A stretch of 64,000 bases of DNA from an uncultured bacterium (lineage in GTDB: Bacteria; JACRDZ01), in NCBI GenBank assembly GCA_964457585.1, contig CAYWFU010000006.1, positions 8,846-72,845 of the forward strand, written 5' to 3'. The position numbers and the translations under genes are program-made. The notes beneath the pieces were generated by a model, which ran no database searches, had not been told where the DNA came from, and saw only the letters and a list, made by a program, of their open reading frames with translations. Below, piece after piece: positions 1 through 9,157 of this stretch. Position 1 is the stretch's first letter; every line of letters starts with the position of its first letter.

Positions 1-2
1 AT

Positions 3-479
3 TTTGATAAAATTGAAATAATGAGCGATCTATCTTACACTTATCCTGTAAATAATGAAAATCCCTTTGCTTTATGTTCAGCAGGTACAGGTTATAAATT
101 TTCAAATTTATCTAAAATTAATGTAGAATTATATTATAATGGTTACGGAGAAGATGATATTGAAAAATATGGTAAAAAGATAAAAGATGAAAAAATAGTT
201 TCAGGTGAAATCAATAATATTTCTAAATACTATCTGGGAATGAGGTATAAACACGAATTTAATAAACATTGGTATACGGAACTTTCTTTTATCAATAATC
301 TAATTGATAAATCAAATTTATCCGGAATGCAATTAACATATTCAGTATCTAATAATGTTAAATTTATTTCCGGGGCATTAATTGCATCAGGTAAAAAATC
401 TCAAATAAATTTATTACGTTCAGAATTTGGAACATATCCGGATAATTATTATTTGCAGTATGAAATTATTTTCTTTTGA
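3..479 (+). CDS. 5'-partial hypothetical protein, possibly the C-terminus of an outer-membrane beta-barrel
   Basis: Frame is open from base 3, upstream of the ORF-track ATG at 21. Alternating amphipathic segments and a C-terminal Phe (YEIIFF). Confidence 0.45.
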   Translation, partial: FDKIEIMSDLSYTYPVNNENPFALCSAGTGYKFSNLSKINVELYYNGYGEDDIEKYGKKIKDEKIVSGEINNISKYYLGMRYKHEFNKHWYTELSFINNLIDKSNLSGMQLTYSVSNNVKFISGALIASGKKSQINLLRSEFGTYPDNYYLQYEIIFF

Positions 480-561
480 CAACTTATTGAAATTTATGGT
501 ATTAAAGATATATAAAAATAATAACATATAAGGTACTTTTAAAAGAAAGGAGTGATCTACT

Positions 562-1224
562 TTGCAAAAAGGCTTTTTTGTATCATTAGAGGGGACAGAA
601 GGTTCTGGAAAAACTACACAGATTAAATTATTATCAGATTATCTAAATAAGAAGAAGATGAAATTTATCATAACACAGGAGCCGGGAAGCACGAAAATAA
701 GTGATAAAATTAAAGAAATATTGATGGACCCGGAATATAAAAATATGCATTATCTTACTGAATTATTTTTATATATTGCAAGCAGAATACAGCATGTTCA
801 TGAAGTCATAGCTCCTGCACTTTCAAAAGGTAATATTGTAATCTGTGATAGATATCTGGATTCTACAGTTGCATATCAATGTTATGGCAGGGGAGTAAAT
901 AGAAAATTAATTGATAATTTAAATCGTATTGCAACATTCAATTTAAAACCCGACCTGACATTTATTATTGATATTCCTGTTGAGCAAGGACTTGAACGGG
1001 CAAAAAAAATAAAGAAAAAGTTCTCAGAAGGCAATGGGGATAGACTTGAACAAGAAAAAATAGAATTTCATAATCGTGTATGGAAAGGATATAAAAAAAT
1101 TGCAATAAGCAATCCAAAAAGAGTAAGAATTATTGATGGAACAAATAGTAAAGAAGAAGTATTTAAAAATATTAAACACGAATTTGAAAAAAAAATTAAA
1201 GAAATAGATTATGCCACTAAATAA
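562..1224 (+). CDS. tmk: Thymidylate kinase
   Basis: EGTEGSGKTTQ P-loop, ICDRYLDSTVAYQ motif; TTG start after an AAGGAG RBS; lies before holB. Confidence 0.97.
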   Translation: MQKGFFVSLEGTEGSGKTTQIKLLSDYLNKKKMKFIITQEPGSTKISDKIKEILMDPEYKNMHYLTELFLYIASRIQHVHEVIAPALSKGNIVICDRYLDSTVAYQCYGRGVNRKLIDNLNRIATFNLKPDLTFIIDIPVEQGLERAKKIKKKFSEGNGDRLEQEKIEFHNRVWKGYKKIAISNPKRVRIIDGTNSKEEVFKNIKHEFEKKIKEIDYATK

Positions 1225-2194
1225 AATTTTTTTTCATGATAATATAATAAATATATTGCATTCTTCTTTAAAGAATAATACCTTTGCACATGCTTATATT
1301 TTTTCAGGAACAAATGGGATTGGCAAAAAAACATTAGCATTAGAATTTTCAAAAGCGTTTAATTGTTTAAATAAAAATGACGATAACTGCGGTATATGTA
1401 ATTCATGTAAAAAAATTGATGAAAATACACATCCTGATGTTCATTTATTTGAACCAGCTGATGATAATATCCGAATCGAAACAATTCGTGAAATTGAAAA
1501 AGAAGTAGCTTTGAAACCTTTTGAAGGCAGAAAAAAAATATATATAATTGATGATGCGGATAGAATGTTAAGGCAGAGTGCTAATGCTTTCCTGAAAACT
1601 CTGGAAGAACCGCCACCCGATACAATTTTTATACTTATTACATCTAATCTGAAAAAGATATTAGCAACAATAATTTCTCGATGTCAGGTTTTTCGATTCA
1701 ATCATATTAATGAAGAAAATATTCAGAAATATATTAAAGATAAGTTTGGGATTGAATCTGAAAAAGCATTTACACTGGCAAGATTATCAGAAGGAAGAAT
1801 TGGGCGAGCAATTGATTTGCTTGAAGATAAAAAAATTGAAAAATATGAAGAATCGATTAATTTTTTGGAACAAATACCCCAATCTTCTTTATTAAGTATT
1901 TTATCTAAAATAGATATTTTAGATATTGACAGAAATGAATTAGAATACATTCTGGATATATATCTTGTTTGGTTCAGGGATATAATGATCGCAAAAATAG
2001 GGAATCCTAATAATGTAATTAATTATTCCTATAAAAGCGTTTTAGAAAATACAGCGCAATTTTATTCATTGAAAGGTTTATTAAAGATAAATTCAGTTTT
2101 AAAAAAAACACGGCGTTATTTAAAAAGAAATGTTAATTTACGCTTAGCAATGGAAGTTTTACATATGGAAATTAAAGAAAATACTTTAATTTAA
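1211..2194 (+). CDS. holB: DNA polymerase III subunit delta'
   Basis: GTNGIGK, zinc-finger CxxCxxC..HPD, ANAFLKTLEEPP, TIISRCQ motifs. Confidence 0.95.
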   Translation: MPLNKIFFHDNIINILHSSLKNNTFAHAYIFSGTNGIGKKTLALEFSKAFNCLNKNDDNCGICNSCKKIDENTHPDVHLFEPADDNIRIETIREIEKEVALKPFEGRKKIYIIDDADRMLRQSANAFLKTLEEPPPDTIFILITSNLKKILATIISRCQVFRFNHINEENIQKYIKDKFGIESEKAFTLARLSEGRIGRAIDLLEDKKIEKYEESINFLEQIPQSSLLSILSKIDILDIDRNELEYILDIYLVWFRDIMIAKIGNPNNVINYSYKSVLENTAQFYSLKGLLKINSVLKKTRRYLKRNVNLRLAMEVLHMEIKENTLI

Positions 2195-2196
2195 AA

Positions 2197-3042
2197 ATGG
2201 AGTTAATTATGTATGAAGTTGCTGGAATTAGTTTTAAAGAAAAAGGGAAAGTTTATTATTTTAGCTGTGAAGCAATCGATTTACAGCCCGGAGATAAATG
2301 TATTGTAGAAACTGAAGATGGATTAGCTTTTGGAGAAGTAGTTACTGAAATAAAAATGCTTCCCAAAAATCAATTTTCTCAACCTTTACGTAAAGTAGTA
2401 CGCAAAGCTACAAAAGCAGATTTTAATCAATTGGCTAAAAACGAAAAAAAGGTAGTGACAGCTAATAATATTTGTTTGAATAAAATAAAAGATCGTGAAT
2501 TACCTATTAAACTTATTGAAGTGCAATACAGCTTTGATGGGCGGAAAGCAATATTCTATTTTACTGCAGAAGGCAGAATAGATTTTAGAGAATTAGTAAA
2601 GGACCTTGCGCATATTCTTAAAGTCAGAATTGAATTAAGGCAGATAGGTGTAAGAGATGAAGTAAAAATGCGGGGAGCGCTTGGTCCCTGCGGTAGAGAA
2701 GTTTGCTGTTCAACTTTTCTCGGAGATTTTGAACCAGTAACTATAAAAATGGCAAAAGAACAAAATCTCATATTGAATCCTGCGAAAACTTCAGGTGTAT
2801 GCGGTAGATTAATGTGCTGTATAATGTATGAGCATGATTTTTATAGTGAAGCTATGAAAAAATACCCGCGTTTAGGCAGCAAAATAACTACACCATCCGG
2901 AACCGGGAGAGTAATAGATATTAATGTTTTTCTCGAAAAAATTGTTGTTGAGTTTGAAGATAATAAGCGAATAACTTTTGGTATTAATGAGATTAAATCA
3001 CCTACTGTTCAAAAAAATGAAAATGAAACAGATAAGAAATGA
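2197..3042 (+). CDS. ricT: PSP1-domain RicT/YaaT family protein
   Basis: FYFTAEGRIDFRELVKDLA, RIELRQIGVRDE, CGREVCC and CGRLMCC motifs; usual position after holB. Confidence 0.92.
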   Translation: MELIMYEVAGISFKEKGKVYYFSCEAIDLQPGDKCIVETEDGLAFGEVVTEIKMLPKNQFSQPLRKVVRKATKADFNQLAKNEKKVVTANNICLNKIKDRELPIKLIEVQYSFDGRKAIFYFTAEGRIDFRELVKDLAHILKVRIELRQIGVRDEVKMRGALGPCGREVCCSTFLGDFEPVTIKMAKEQNLILNPAKTSGVCGRLMCCIMYEHDFYSEAMKKYPRLGSKITTPSGTGRVIDINVFLEKIVVEFEDNKRITFGINEIKSPTVQKNENETDKK

Positions 3043-3063
3043 AATGAATTAATTGGAGGACTT

Positions 3064-4899
3064 ATGTTTTTTAAACCCAGGTTTTTAATAGTAATTTATA
3101 TGTTGCTATTATGTATTCCATCTCTGGTATTTTCTAACCCGGCATATTTTGCATCAAAAGAAGTAATAAAAAAAATACCTGATAAAGTTAAAGAAGATAT
3201 AGACAATATTTTTAAAAAATATAATTTTAATGCGCAATTTTCTAATTTAGAAAAAAAATCAGCAAAAAATTATCAGTATTCCAATAAAACAAATAAATGC
3301 GCAGCTTTTTTAGTCCGAGAACTGGGTCTTTATATTTACAATCTTGATAATGAAACGACAAAAAAAACTTTAAGACAAATTTTCCCTTTTACACGTCCTA
3401 CAAATAGCGGGGATGAAGATTTTTATGGTAATGGGGTAAATGTTAAGGAATATGCTACACAACATTTTCTCATTCATTATGTAAATACAACTAATAACTT
3501 ACATAGTGTACCTGCAAATGATAGTAATTATAACAAAATACCGGATATAATCGAAAATTATGCAGAAATATTTGAAGAATGCTGGAAGAAAGAAATTGAG
3601 CTTGAATATTCAGAACCAATACTTAATAATGACGGATATTATGATGTATATTTTTTAGATATGCAATCTTTTTTTGGCGATCAAGCACCTTTAGCTTATA
3701 CAGCTACTGATCCATTTTTAAACCATCCAATTCATTCTCCCACATATATAGCATTGGATAATGATTATGCTGATGGTAAGTATGGATATATAACATCTGA
3801 TAATGTGACAGATATAGTAAAAGTTACTTTTGCACATGAATTTTTTCATGCGATTCAACTTTCCTACAATTCCTATATTGATTCATGGTTTGCTGAAGCA
3901 TGCGCTACATGGATGGAAGATGTAATTTATGATGAAGTTAATGATTACTATTACTATTTGCCTGATTTTTATAATAATCCTCAATTTTCTTTAGAACATC
4001 TGGGAGACACTGAATCAGATTTTGTATATGAATATGGTGCATGTGTTTTCCCAAGATATTTATCTATAAAATATGATAAAGATATTATCAGAGAAATATG
4101 GGAATACACATATAATGATACTACTAAAATATATGATAATGGATTAGGAATACTTGGAATTAAAAATGTTCTTGATAAAAGAGGATTGTCTTTCGCATCA
4201 GTATTAGGTGATTTTAGAGTAGCCAGCTATTTTATTGGGGAAAATTATTCTGATAACTATGCTTCTAAATATTATAATGATGATGAAGTAAAAGGTTTTA
4301 ATATAGTACCGAAAATTGCTGACACTATAACTAAAATTGATTTTAAAGAATTTACTTCAGATTCTAAAATTTCTCCGCAGGAATATGGAGTATATTATAT
4401 TGAGTTAAAATCAAATTCCAATAAAAAAGCTGATATTAAAATTAATTTTAACGGTAGTTCAATTGCCAAATGGGCTGGAAAAATAATAAAATTCAAACAG
4501 GATAAGACTATAGAAATAAGTGATTTTGATTTTATTAATGACTATAATGCAAATATTGCAATTCAGGATTTTAATAGTATTTACTATAAAGCAATTTTGG
4601 TTATTTATGTTACTTCAGGGAATTCAAAAAATGAAGCATATGGTTTTTCTTTAACAAATAATACAAATAATATAACTGATACAACTACTACAACTGCTAC
4701 AAATGATACAAATAATAACATTAAATGCTTTATATCGCTTATTAATTCTGAGAATTTTATTCCAAATTCAACCATAACAGGTTTCAGAGATAAATATTTA
4801 ACTTCTAATATAGGTAAATATTTTATAAATTTATACTATAGATACTCTGCTTTTAATGAAAATAGATATATAAACTGTAAAATGGGTACTGTAAAATGA
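3064..4899 (+). CDS. Secreted zincin-like metalloprotease (MXAN_6640-like) with a C-terminal CFI-box-like sorting segment
   Basis: Signal peptide; HEFFHAIQ (HExxH) and WFAEACATWME; Thr/Asn linker, then KCFIS...FRDKYL...YYRYS. Confidence 0.65.
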   Translation: MFFKPRFLIVIYMLLLCIPSLVFSNPAYFASKEVIKKIPDKVKEDIDNIFKKYNFNAQFSNLEKKSAKNYQYSNKTNKCAAFLVRELGLYIYNLDNETTKKTLRQIFPFTRPTNSGDEDFYGNGVNVKEYATQHFLIHYVNTTNNLHSVPANDSNYNKIPDIIENYAEIFEECWKKEIELEYSEPILNNDGYYDVYFLDMQSFFGDQAPLAYTATDPFLNHPIHSPTYIALDNDYADGKYGYITSDNVTDIVKVTFAHEFFHAIQLSYNSYIDSWFAEACATWMEDVIYDEVNDYYYYLPDFYNNPQFSLEHLGDTESDFVYEYGACVFPRYLSIKYDKDIIREIWEYTYNDTTKIYDNGLGILGIKNVLDKRGLSFASVLGDFRVASYFIGENYSDNYASKYYNDDEVKGFNIVPKIADTITKIDFKEFTSDSKISPQEYGVYYIELKSNSNKKADIKINFNGSSIAKWAGKIIKFKQDKTIEISDFDFINDYNANIAIQDFNSIYYKAILVIYVTSGNSKNEAYGFSLTNNTNNITDTTTTTATNDTNNNIKCFISLINSENFIPNSTITGFRDKYLTSNIGKYFINLYYRYSAFNENRYINCKMGTVK

Positions 4900-4986
4900 G
4901 AAATGTAAAATGATTAAAAAATCTGTTCTTACTGCCAAAGTACAGAACTAATTTAAGGTATAAGGAATTTGAAAGTTATATTGTAT

Positions 4987-5117
4987 GGGGCTGTCCAAAA
5001 AGTTACAAAAATTAATTTTTTGTCATTCCCGCGAAAGCGGGAATTCAGTATTTAAGCCGATATTTAAAAGTCTGGATTCCGCACCAAGTGCGGAATGACA
5101 CCTTTTTGGACAGCCCC
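4987..5117. mobile_element. MITE-like element with 16-bp terminal inverted repeats and an internal GTCATTCCCGCGAAAGCGGGAAT palindrome
   Basis: ggggctgtccaaaaag (4987-5002) and ctttttggacagcccc (5102-5117); internal hairpins at ~5022-5048 and ~5071-5099. Confidence 0.7.
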
Positions 5118-5136
5118 AACTACAACATATTGTATT

Positions 5137-5158
5137 GTAGTTGCTCGATTTATCGAGC
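5137..5158 (+). repeat. GTAG-type REP (gtagttgctcgatttatcgagc)
   Basis: Identical copy at 32406-32427. Confidence 0.75.
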
Positions 5159-5272
5159 TTATTTTAAATTTTACATTATTCATTTTACAGTTTACAGTTG
5201 TTTTTTATTGGTTAAATTATACTAATTCATTATTTTTAACTTAACACCTACAGGATTAAGGGAGATTTTCAG

Positions 5273-6808
5273 ATGGGAAAAGTATTTTATATAACTACAC
5301 CTTTATATTATGTGAATGATGAACCTCATGTTGGTCATGCATATACTAATATTATTGCTGATACTCTTGCAAGATACCACCATTTATCAGGGGAAGATGT
5401 TTTTTTACTGACAGGTACTGATGAACACGGGCAGAAAATCGAACGTACTGCAAGTAAACTAAATGAAACTCCTCAGCATCTGGCTGATCGTCTGGTTATT
5501 GTTTTTAAAAAATTATGGGAAAAACTGAATATATCATATCAGGATTTTATCCGTACAACTGAGGGACGGCATGTAATGACTGTTGAAGTTGTTTTTGAAA
5601 AAATTCTTGCCAGCGGTGATATTTATAAAGGGCATTATGAAGGCTGGTACTGCACTCCATGCGAATCATTCTGGACTGAAACACAGCTTATAGAAAACAA
5701 ATGTCCGGATTGTAAAAGAGATGTAGAATTAGTAAAGGAAGAAAGCTATTTTTTTAAAATGTCTAAATATGCTGATTTACTTTTAAAATATATTGATGAG
5801 AATCTATATTTTATTGAACCTTTATCACGCCGTCTGGAAGTAGTTAATTTTATAAAGAGCGGACTTAAAGATTTAAGTATTACAAGGACAAGTTTCAGAT
5901 GGGGAATACCTGTTCCGCAGGATAAAGATCATGTAATATATGTCTGGTTCGATGCTTTATTGAATTATATTTCTGCTCCGGGTTATTTTAAGGATTACGA
6001 AAATTTTGAAAAAATATGGCCATGCGATGTTCATATTATTGGTAAAGATATTTTAAAATTTCATGCTGTTATCTGGCCGACTATTCTTCTTGCACTGGAT
6101 TTGCCTTTACCAAAAAAAATATTCGCGCATGGATGGTGGACAGTTGAAGGCAAAAAAATGTCAAAATCATTGGGTAATGTTGTTAATCCGTTTGAAATGT
6201 CAGATAAATACGGAGCAGATGCTTTTAGATATTTTTTGCTTCGGGAAGTATCCTTAGGTCTGGATGGAAATTTTTCAGAAACAGCTCTTATTCAGCGGTT
6301 CAACAGCGATTTAGCAAATGATTTAGGTAATTTACTGCACCGTACACTAAATATGGTTGAAAAATATTGCGAAGGAAAAGTTCCTGAAAATTTTGCGCAA
6401 AATGAAATAATAGATGAAGAATTGATAGATAAAGCAACCGGCTTATCAAGCGGGATACAAGATTATATATCTCATTTAAATTTCAGCGAACTTTTAGTAA
6501 GAATATGGGAAATTATCAGCAAAGCAAATAAATATATTGAAGTTACTGCTCCATATTCACTTGCTAAAAAGATAGAAAATAAAGAGAGACTTTTTACTAT
6601 TATGTATAATTTACTTGAAACCTTAAGAATAATATCAATTTATATTTATCCTTTTATGCCGCAAGCAGCAGAAAAAATGAAACAGCAGTTAGGAATTGAT
6701 AAAGCTTTTTCAGATATAAATATTAATGACGCTTCAAAATGGGGACTGATGATCTCAGGTAAAAAAATTAATAAAGGTGTCCCGATTTTTCCAAGAATTG
6801 AGGTTTGA
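5273..6808 (+). CDS. metG: Methionine--tRNA ligase (short form)
   Basis: HVGH (HIGH) and KMSKS motifs, CxxC zinc knuckle, YVWFDALLNY. Confidence 0.97.
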   Translation: MGKVFYITTPLYYVNDEPHVGHAYTNIIADTLARYHHLSGEDVFLLTGTDEHGQKIERTASKLNETPQHLADRLVIVFKKLWEKLNISYQDFIRTTEGRHVMTVEVVFEKILASGDIYKGHYEGWYCTPCESFWTETQLIENKCPDCKRDVELVKEESYFFKMSKYADLLLKYIDENLYFIEPLSRRLEVVNFIKSGLKDLSITRTSFRWGIPVPQDKDHVIYVWFDALLNYISAPGYFKDYENFEKIWPCDVHIIGKDILKFHAVIWPTILLALDLPLPKKIFAHGWWTVEGKKMSKSLGNVVNPFEMSDKYGADAFRYFLLREVSLGLDGNFSETALIQRFNSDLANDLGNLLHRTLNMVEKYCEGKVPENFAQNEIIDEELIDKATGLSSGIQDYISHLNFSELLVRIWEIISKANKYIEVTAPYSLAKKIENKERLFTIMYNLLETLRIISIYIYPFMPQAAEKMKQQLGIDKAFSDININDASKWGLMISGKKINKGVPIFPRIEV

Positions 6809-8184
6809 ATATGTTTTTCGATACACATGTTCATCTAGATGATAATAAATATAATAATGATAGAGATAATGTAATAAATAGAGCTTTAAAAGAAGATGTA
6901 AATTTATTTTTAAACGCAGGAATAGATACTAAAAGCAATATTGAATCAATAAAATTAGCTGAAAAATATAGTTTTATATATGCGGCATGCGGATTTCACC
7001 CTCATGATGCTTCAAAATTCACTGAAGAAGATTACGAGATAATAAAAAAATTGATATCAAATGAAAAAGTTATAGGCATAGGTGAAATTGGGCTTGATTA
7101 TTACAGAAATCTTTCTCCGAAAAATATCCAGCAGAATGTTTTTAAAAGATTTATTAATCTGGCTAAAGAATCAAAAAAACCTATAATTCTTCATAGCCGT
7201 GATGCTTTTGATGACACAATCCGGATTTTAGAGGAAACAAATGCAAAAGAAATTGGCGGGATTGCGCATTGTTTTTCAGGAACAATTGATATGGCAAATA
7301 AATTCCTGGATATGAATTTTTATATTTCTTTTGCAGGACAGATAACATTTAAAAATGCCAGGAATATGAAGGAATTAATAGAGCAAATACCAATGGATCG
7401 CATTTTAATCGAAACAGACTGTCCATATATTAGCCCTGAACCACGCAGAGGATCCAGAAATGAACCTTCCTTTGTTAAATATACAGCTCAGAAAATAGCA
7501 GAAATCAAGCTTCTTTCAGCGGAGGATGTAGGGCGTATTACTAGAGTTAATGCAATAAAACTTTTTAATCTTCCTATAAGTTTAAATCCAGCAATAGTAT
7601 ATCCTATAAGGGATTCGATATATCTAAATATTACTAATCGCTGCAGTAATGATTGTTATTTTTGTATACGCACAAAACAGGACTATGTTAAAGGTCATAA
7701 TCTGCGAATAAGCAGTGAGCCAACATCAGCGGAAATTATTAAAAATGTGGAGCCGTTAATTAAAAAATACAGGGAAGTGGTATTCTGCGGTTATGGAGAG
7801 CCGTTATTACGGCTTGATACAGTACTTGAAGTAGCTAATGCATTGAGAGATAAAAGTGTAAAATATATCAGAATAAATACAAACGGACAGGGAAATTTAT
7901 TTTACAATGAGAATATTGTCCCGAAATTTAAAGAAATTATTGATGAAATTTGTATAAGTTTAAATGCTTCTGATAAAGAAGCATATATGAAGATATGTCA
8001 CCCGGAATTCGGTGAAAGAACTTTTGATGAAGTATTAAATTTTATAAAAGAATGCAAAAAGGTTATCCCGAAAGTTGTAATAACGTTTGTGGAATTGCCG
8101 GAAATAAATTTAGATGCTTGCAGAGCTATAGCGCAGAAGCTGGACGTAGCATATAAAATCAGGAAACTGGATGTAGTTGGGTGA
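6805..8184 (+). CDS. TatD-family nuclease fused to a TatD-associated radical SAM domain
   Basis: DTHVH, GEIGLDY and ETDCPY TatD motifs; C-terminal NITNRCSNDCYFC (CxxxCxxC) and VFCGYGEP. Confidence 0.9.
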   Translation: MNMFFDTHVHLDDNKYNNDRDNVINRALKEDVNLFLNAGIDTKSNIESIKLAEKYSFIYAACGFHPHDASKFTEEDYEIIKKLISNEKVIGIGEIGLDYYRNLSPKNIQQNVFKRFINLAKESKKPIILHSRDAFDDTIRILEETNAKEIGGIAHCFSGTIDMANKFLDMNFYISFAGQITFKNARNMKELIEQIPMDRILIETDCPYISPEPRRGSRNEPSFVKYTAQKIAEIKLLSAEDVGRITRVNAIKLFNLPISLNPAIVYPIRDSIYLNITNRCSNDCYFCIRTKQDYVKGHNLRISSEPTSAEIIKNVEPLIKKYREVVFCGYGEPLLRLDTVLEVANALRDKSVKYIRINTNGQGNLFYNENIVPKFKEIIDEICISLNASDKEAYMKICHPEFGERTFDEVLNFIKECKKVIPKVVITFVELPEINLDACRAIAQKLDVAYKIRKLDVVG

Positions 8185-8188
8185 TTGG

Positions 8189-8385
8189 TAAGCTTTCAGC
8201 CATCAGCTATCAGCTGTCAGCATTCAGTAAAAACATAGAAAAAACAAGGCGAAAACAAAACTTTTGATTCGATACATTTTTATTTCTGCATTTCAATATC
8301 TTTAAACTGATAGCTGAAAGCTGATGGCTGAACGCTTACCTTGCTTTTATTCTTTTAAGCTTTATAAACTGATGGCTGAACGCTT
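8189..8385. repeat. Inverted heptamer-repeat element (tcagcta-like / gctgata-like)
   Basis: aagctttcagccatcagctatcagctgtcagc ... ctgatagctgaaagctgatggctgaacgctta, with a second partial right end at ~8366-8385. Confidence 0.7.
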
Positions 8386-8397
8386 ATGGTGGATTGT

Positions 8398-8889
8398 ATG
8401 CAATTTATAATTGATGGATATAATGTTGTGCGAACAGTTAAAAGATATATTCAATCCAGGTTTGCAAAAATAAAAGATGAAAAGCAATTGCTTTTAGAAT
8501 TAATAAAAAAATATCCGTTAATTGCAAGTAAAAAACATGAAACTATAATTGTTTTTGACGGTTATGATGATTCTAAGAATTTGATAAGAGATTTTAAAAT
8601 AAAAGTAATTTTTAGCCAGGATGAAAGCGCTGACGAAGTAATAAAAAATATAATAGAGAATTCTAAAAAACCCGAACAGATTTATATTATTAGTGATGAC
8701 AGAGAAATAAAAGATTTCGCTAAAATAATAGGAGCAAATACTATTAGCGTAAAAGAACTATTAAATTCTATTTATAAATCCGATTTAAATTTTAATTCTT
8801 CACAAAATAATAATAAAGACAATAAAGAAATAAATAGTAAGGATGCAAATAAAATTAATAAAGAACTCTGGGAAATATGGAAAGAATAA
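8398..8889 (+). CDS. YacP-like NYN domain protein
   Basis: IIDGYNV, IVFDG, ESADEVI and SDDREI PIN/NYN motifs; ATG at 8398 preferred over 8386. Confidence 0.85.
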   Translation: MQFIIDGYNVVRTVKRYIQSRFAKIKDEKQLLLELIKKYPLIASKKHETIIVFDGYDDSKNLIRDFKIKVIFSQDESADEVIKNIIENSKKPEQIYIISDDREIKDFAKIIGANTISVKELLNSIYKSDLNFNSSQNNNKDNKEINSKDANKINKELWEIWKE

Positions 8890-8938
8890 TTATTGATATT
8901 TAATCTGGTTTAGTTTAAAATATTTTATGAGGTAATAT

Positions 8939-9094
8939 ATGAAAAAGATACAATTCATTTTTTTATTTATATTATTTTTTTTAAGTTTCAAAAGTATTAT
9001 TTTTGCTGCAAAAGAATTAGAAATAGATATAACCAGAGATAATATCGAAAAAATAAAAATAACATGTCAGGAATGTCATGGAGCAATGAAATGA
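8939..9094 (+). CDS. 51-aa putative exported mono-heme peptide (not in ORF track)
   Basis: GAGGT RBS 5 nt upstream; MKKIQFIFLFILFFLSFKSIIFAAKELEIDITRDNIEKIKITCQECHGAMK; signal peptide plus CxxCH. Confidence 0.6.
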   Translation: MKKIQFIFLFILFFLSFKSIIFAAKELEIDITRDNIEKIKITCQECHGAMK

Positions 9095-9157
9095 TAAAAA
9101 AAAATCTCCAGTTGCAGGTTGCCAGTCACCAGTTAAAACCTTTAATATAGGAGTTTC

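Noticed and set aside
9092-9097. Selenocysteine or read-through of the mini-ORF TGA into the giant cytochrome
   Set aside because: TGA is followed immediately by TAA in the same frame.
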